Source: Salinivirgaceae bacterium (lineage in GTDB: Bacteria > Bacteroidota > Bacteroidia > Bacteroidales > SZUA-534). Taken from it: a stretch of DNA of 64,000 bases. The translations under genes were made by a program, and so were the position numbers. Location of the stretch: contig JAKSOL010000002.1 in NCBI GenBank assembly GCA_024405635.1, forward strand, positions 96,001-160,000, read 5' to 3'. Shown here one piece after another: positions 61,393 through 64,000 of this stretch. Numbering within the stretch: the first letter of the stretch is position 1; every line of letters starts with the position of its first letter. The notes below the pieces were generated by a model, which ran no database searches, was not told the DNA's origin, and saw nothing but the letters and a program-made list of their open reading frames with translations.

Positions 61393-62853
61393 TTATTTGC
61401 TTTGTTCGGCCATTATGGCATCGTATAATTTTTGTGCTACAATGTGTCCGCCTTTGCGGTTAAAGTGAGTGTAGTCTTTTTGTGCAAGTTTGGCGTTAAC
61501 CCATTGAGGCATGCTATTGTGTCCGCCCATGGCTTCAAATAGATTCCAAAATGCGCAACCTTCGGCAAAGGCTGCATTGCGTTGTGCTTCAATAACTTTT
61601 GCAACTTCGGGTTTTGTAACATATCCGTCGGCAGTTTTTTCTGACATGTCCGACGAGCTTACTACAAGAATCTTTGCCTCGGGCATAAGTTGTCTTAAAT
61701 AGTGTAGTTGTCGGCGAAGGCTTTGCTCATAAAAACGGTAGTTTTTTGATTCGTATGCAACTGCGTTTACTCCAAACTCGTAAATAATCAGTCCCACGCT
61801 TAGGTGTTTAACCATTTGTGCCATTTGAGCAAAATTCAGTTTTACAAATTCGGTGCCTATGCTTCCTCTAAACGGTAGATTGTCAACTGCTACACCAGTT
61901 GGCGCATCAAGCGAAATGGCATATATGTTTGGACTATTTGTTGAAGTTAATTCAATGCGGAATTGGTTTGGCGCTTTGTCAAATTTCCACAACAGTTGTT
62001 CGGTTTGGTCAATTGGCTCCAAACTTTCGAACCAAGTAAGCGAATCGTTAACAAAGCCTTTTACGGTAAATGGTTTGGTTGCATAGCCGTAAAATATGCG
62101 GCAACGTGTAAAGTTTTGTACCGATTTGAAAGCCATTGTTGATGGACTAAACTCAATCCATGCCGATTGTTCTTCGCTGCTGTTTTGGTTTGGAGTGAAT
62201 CGGGCAAACCTGCCAAGTATTCCAAATCGGTTTTGCGTGCCTATGGTGTCTTTTTTGTTGTAGATGGAATATACTTGCCAATTTTTTGAAGCTTGGTGGT
62301 CAATTGCCGACGATTTTGCTATTCCCGGAATGGCGGTTATTAAACCTGGTCCGCTTCCGCCATATTTGGTTTGGAAAAGATTGCGCAAGTATCCAGTTAT
62401 GCGGTCGCCTTCAATTTGGCTATCGCCATAATGTAGTATTCTTATTGTTTTGCTGTTGCTCTTTGCAAGTTTTGCAAAAAACTTGGTTAGATGTTCTTTG
62501 TCGGTTGTGGCGTATTCAATAGGTTGAATTTTGCTTGAATTGCTTTTGTGGTTTTGGGCAAGGGGCTGAACAACAGACGGTTCTTCTTTTTTAACTAAAG
62601 TGTCGTGTTTGGCTACGGTATCGGTGTTGGGCGTTTCAGTCAAAGACGGCTCATCGTCGTTCTGAACAATGGCAAGCATTGCCGAGTCGATTATTGAAGA
62701 GGTAGCAATAGTGTCGTGTGAAGGCGTATTTAGTCTGAAATTTAGAACAATGTTGTCGTCAATTTTGATGCCGTTGGGCGGAAAAACTAAAGCTATGGCG
62801 GCCATTGCAAGACCAACCATGGCCATAAACAAAAGTATTCCGCGCGGTTTCAT
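61393..62853 (-). CDS. Membrane-anchored SGNH/GDSL hydrolase (PatB/Ape-like O-acetyl esterase or transferase candidate)
   Basis: N-terminal TM, ILHYGDSQ (block I), FGVN (block III), DYTHF (block V). Confidence 0.75.
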   Translation of the reverse strand: MKPRGILLFMAMVGLAMAAIALVFPPNGIKIDDNIVLNFRLNTPSHDTIATSSIIDSAMLAIVQNDDEPSLTETPNTDTVAKHDTLVKKEEPSVVQPLAQNHKSNSSKIQPIEYATTDKEHLTKFFAKLAKSNSKTIRILHYGDSQIEGDRITGYLRNLFQTKYGGSGPGLITAIPGIAKSSAIDHQASKNWQVYSIYNKKDTIGTQNRFGILGRFARFTPNQNSSEEQSAWIEFSPSTMAFKSVQNFTRCRIFYGYATKPFTVKGFVNDSLTWFESLEPIDQTEQLLWKFDKAPNQFRIELTSTNSPNIYAISLDAPTGVAVDNLPFRGSIGTEFVKLNFAQMAQMVKHLSVGLIIYEFGVNAVAYESKNYRFYEQSLRRQLHYLRQLMPEAKILVVSSSDMSEKTADGYVTKPEVAKVIEAQRNAAFAEGCAFWNLFEAMGGHNSMPQWVNAKLAQKDYTHFNRKGGHIVAQKLYDAIMAEQSK

Positions 62854-62859
62854 TGCAAA

Positions 62860-64000
62860 CTATCGTTTTATTTTCAGTTTTTGGCCAACGTATATTTTAG
62901 ATGCGCTGCTTAGGTTGTTCCAACTCATAATGTCAGCTTCTGAAACTCCGTTGTACATTTTTGCAATTTCCCAAAGTGTGTCGCCACGTTTAACTGTGTA
63001 GGTTTCAAACTCGCCAGTGTTGTTGTTCGAACTTGAACTCTGTTGTTGAGTTGTAGTGGTGCTACTTTTTCCAACCGAAGCTTGTTTTTCGCTGAAATTC
63101 ATTGTGTTAATGTTTTTGTATTTGCTCACTTTGCTTGTGGGCACATAAACTGTGAGTTTTTGTCCAGCGCGAATGGTGTTTCGTAGCAAACCATTCCAAT
63201 ATTTAATGTCGTCAACGCGAACATTATACCAACTTGAAATGTATCCCAAGTTATCGCCAGATTTAACTGTGTAAATCAATTTTGTATAGTTGCCCTTTGG
63301 AGGTAGTCCGGGTTTGCCAGTGGCGGCGGTGCGAACGGGCGTGCGTTCCATAGCCGAAGGGTTAAAGTATAACGAATCTTTGTAGTGCGAAATACTATCT
63401 TGTAAGTCGATGAATCTTAATATTTGGTTTGCAGGTAACCTTAGAGCGTATGGTTTTGTGGCTGCAGGAATAATGTCGTGTCTAAATTGAGGATTAAGGT
63501 TGCGAAGTTGGTCAACCGAAATGTTCATAAAGTGGCTAATTTGCTCAAAATGAATGTTTTGGTTTAGCATAACCGAATCGCAAAGAATAGGCATTGAACT
63601 TTTGTTAGCTTTTAAATTGTGTTCGGCATAATAGTTCATTACGTAAGTTGCTGCAATAAAGGCAGGTACGTAACCTCGTGTTTCGCGTGGCAGATAGTAG
63701 TAAATGTCCCAATAGTTGCGTTTCCCACCGCTGCGGCGAATGGCTTTATTTACGTTTCCAGGACCGCAGTTGTATGCGGCTATCACCAAAATCCAATCGT
63801 GATAAGTTTTGTACATATCGTTTAAGAAATTGGCGGCTGCGTATGTGGCTTTAATTGGGTCGCGGCGTTCATCAATCAAACTGTTTATTTCCAATTTGTA
63901 AAGACGCCCAGTGCCGTACATAAACTGCCACAAGCCAGTTGCTCCAACTTTTGAAACAGCATTAGGGTTAAGTGCCGATTCAATAACTGCAAGGTATTTT
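62860..64000 (-). CDS. mltD: Lytic murein transglycosylase with two LysM domains (5' end off window)
   Basis: Frame continues beyond the ORF-track start: [33 protein letters not shown], LysM YTVKSGD and YTVKRGD. Confidence 0.9.
   Translation of the reverse strand, partial: KYLAVIESALNPNAVSKVGATGLWQFMYGTGRLYKLEINSLIDERRDPIKATYAAANFLNDMYKTYHDWILVIAAYNCGPGNVNKAIRRSGGKRNYWDIYYYLPRETRGYVPAFIAATYVMNYYAEHNLKANKSSMPILCDSVMLNQNIHFEQISHFMNISVDQLRNLNPQFRHDIIPAATKPYALRLPANQILRFIDLQDSISHYKDSLYFNPSAMERTPVRTAATGKPGLPPKGNYTKLIYTVKSGDNLGYISSWYNVRVDDIKYWNGLLRNTIRAGQKLTVYVPTSKVSKYKNINTMNFSEKQASVGKSSTTTTQQQSSSSNNNTGEFETYTVKRGDTLWEIAKMYNGVSEADIMSWNNLSSASKIYVGQKLKIKR

Overview
AT-rich (~38-40% GC by eye) chromosomal segment of a Bacteroidota (Bacteroidales-like) bacterium, judged from TAnnTTTG -7 promoter boxes, A-rich SD-less starts and Bacteroidota-type IF2, S16, L31 and PurL. 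It is mostly housekeeping: pnp-rpsO, folA, purL, rimP-nusA-infB, tdk, rsmI, thiL-gpsA-pgi, a complete nqrABCDEF operon, a hexuronate/KDG cluster, tRNA-fMet, rpsP-rimM, dtd and mltD. No prophage, intact transposase or CRISPR array is visible. Five features stand out. (1) A 1397-aa protein with three tandem GAF-like repeats, two receiver-like domains, a PEP-synthase-type ATP-grasp and a His-domain-like tail, but no pyruvate-binding barrel, sits next to a NarL-type regulator with a dead receiver; this is a candidate non-canonical phosphorelay. (2) A stand-alone STAND-like ATPase-wHTH gene has three tandem 15-bp palindromes over its promoter. (3) NqrC is fused to a rubredoxin-like domain. (4) An internally deleted DGR-target-like gene is followed by a four-unit GTAG-REP cluster. 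(5) A YfiR-like gene is paired with an insertion-rich TonB-dependent receptor and no output enzyme. All calls come from reading motifs by eye; no database searches were run.
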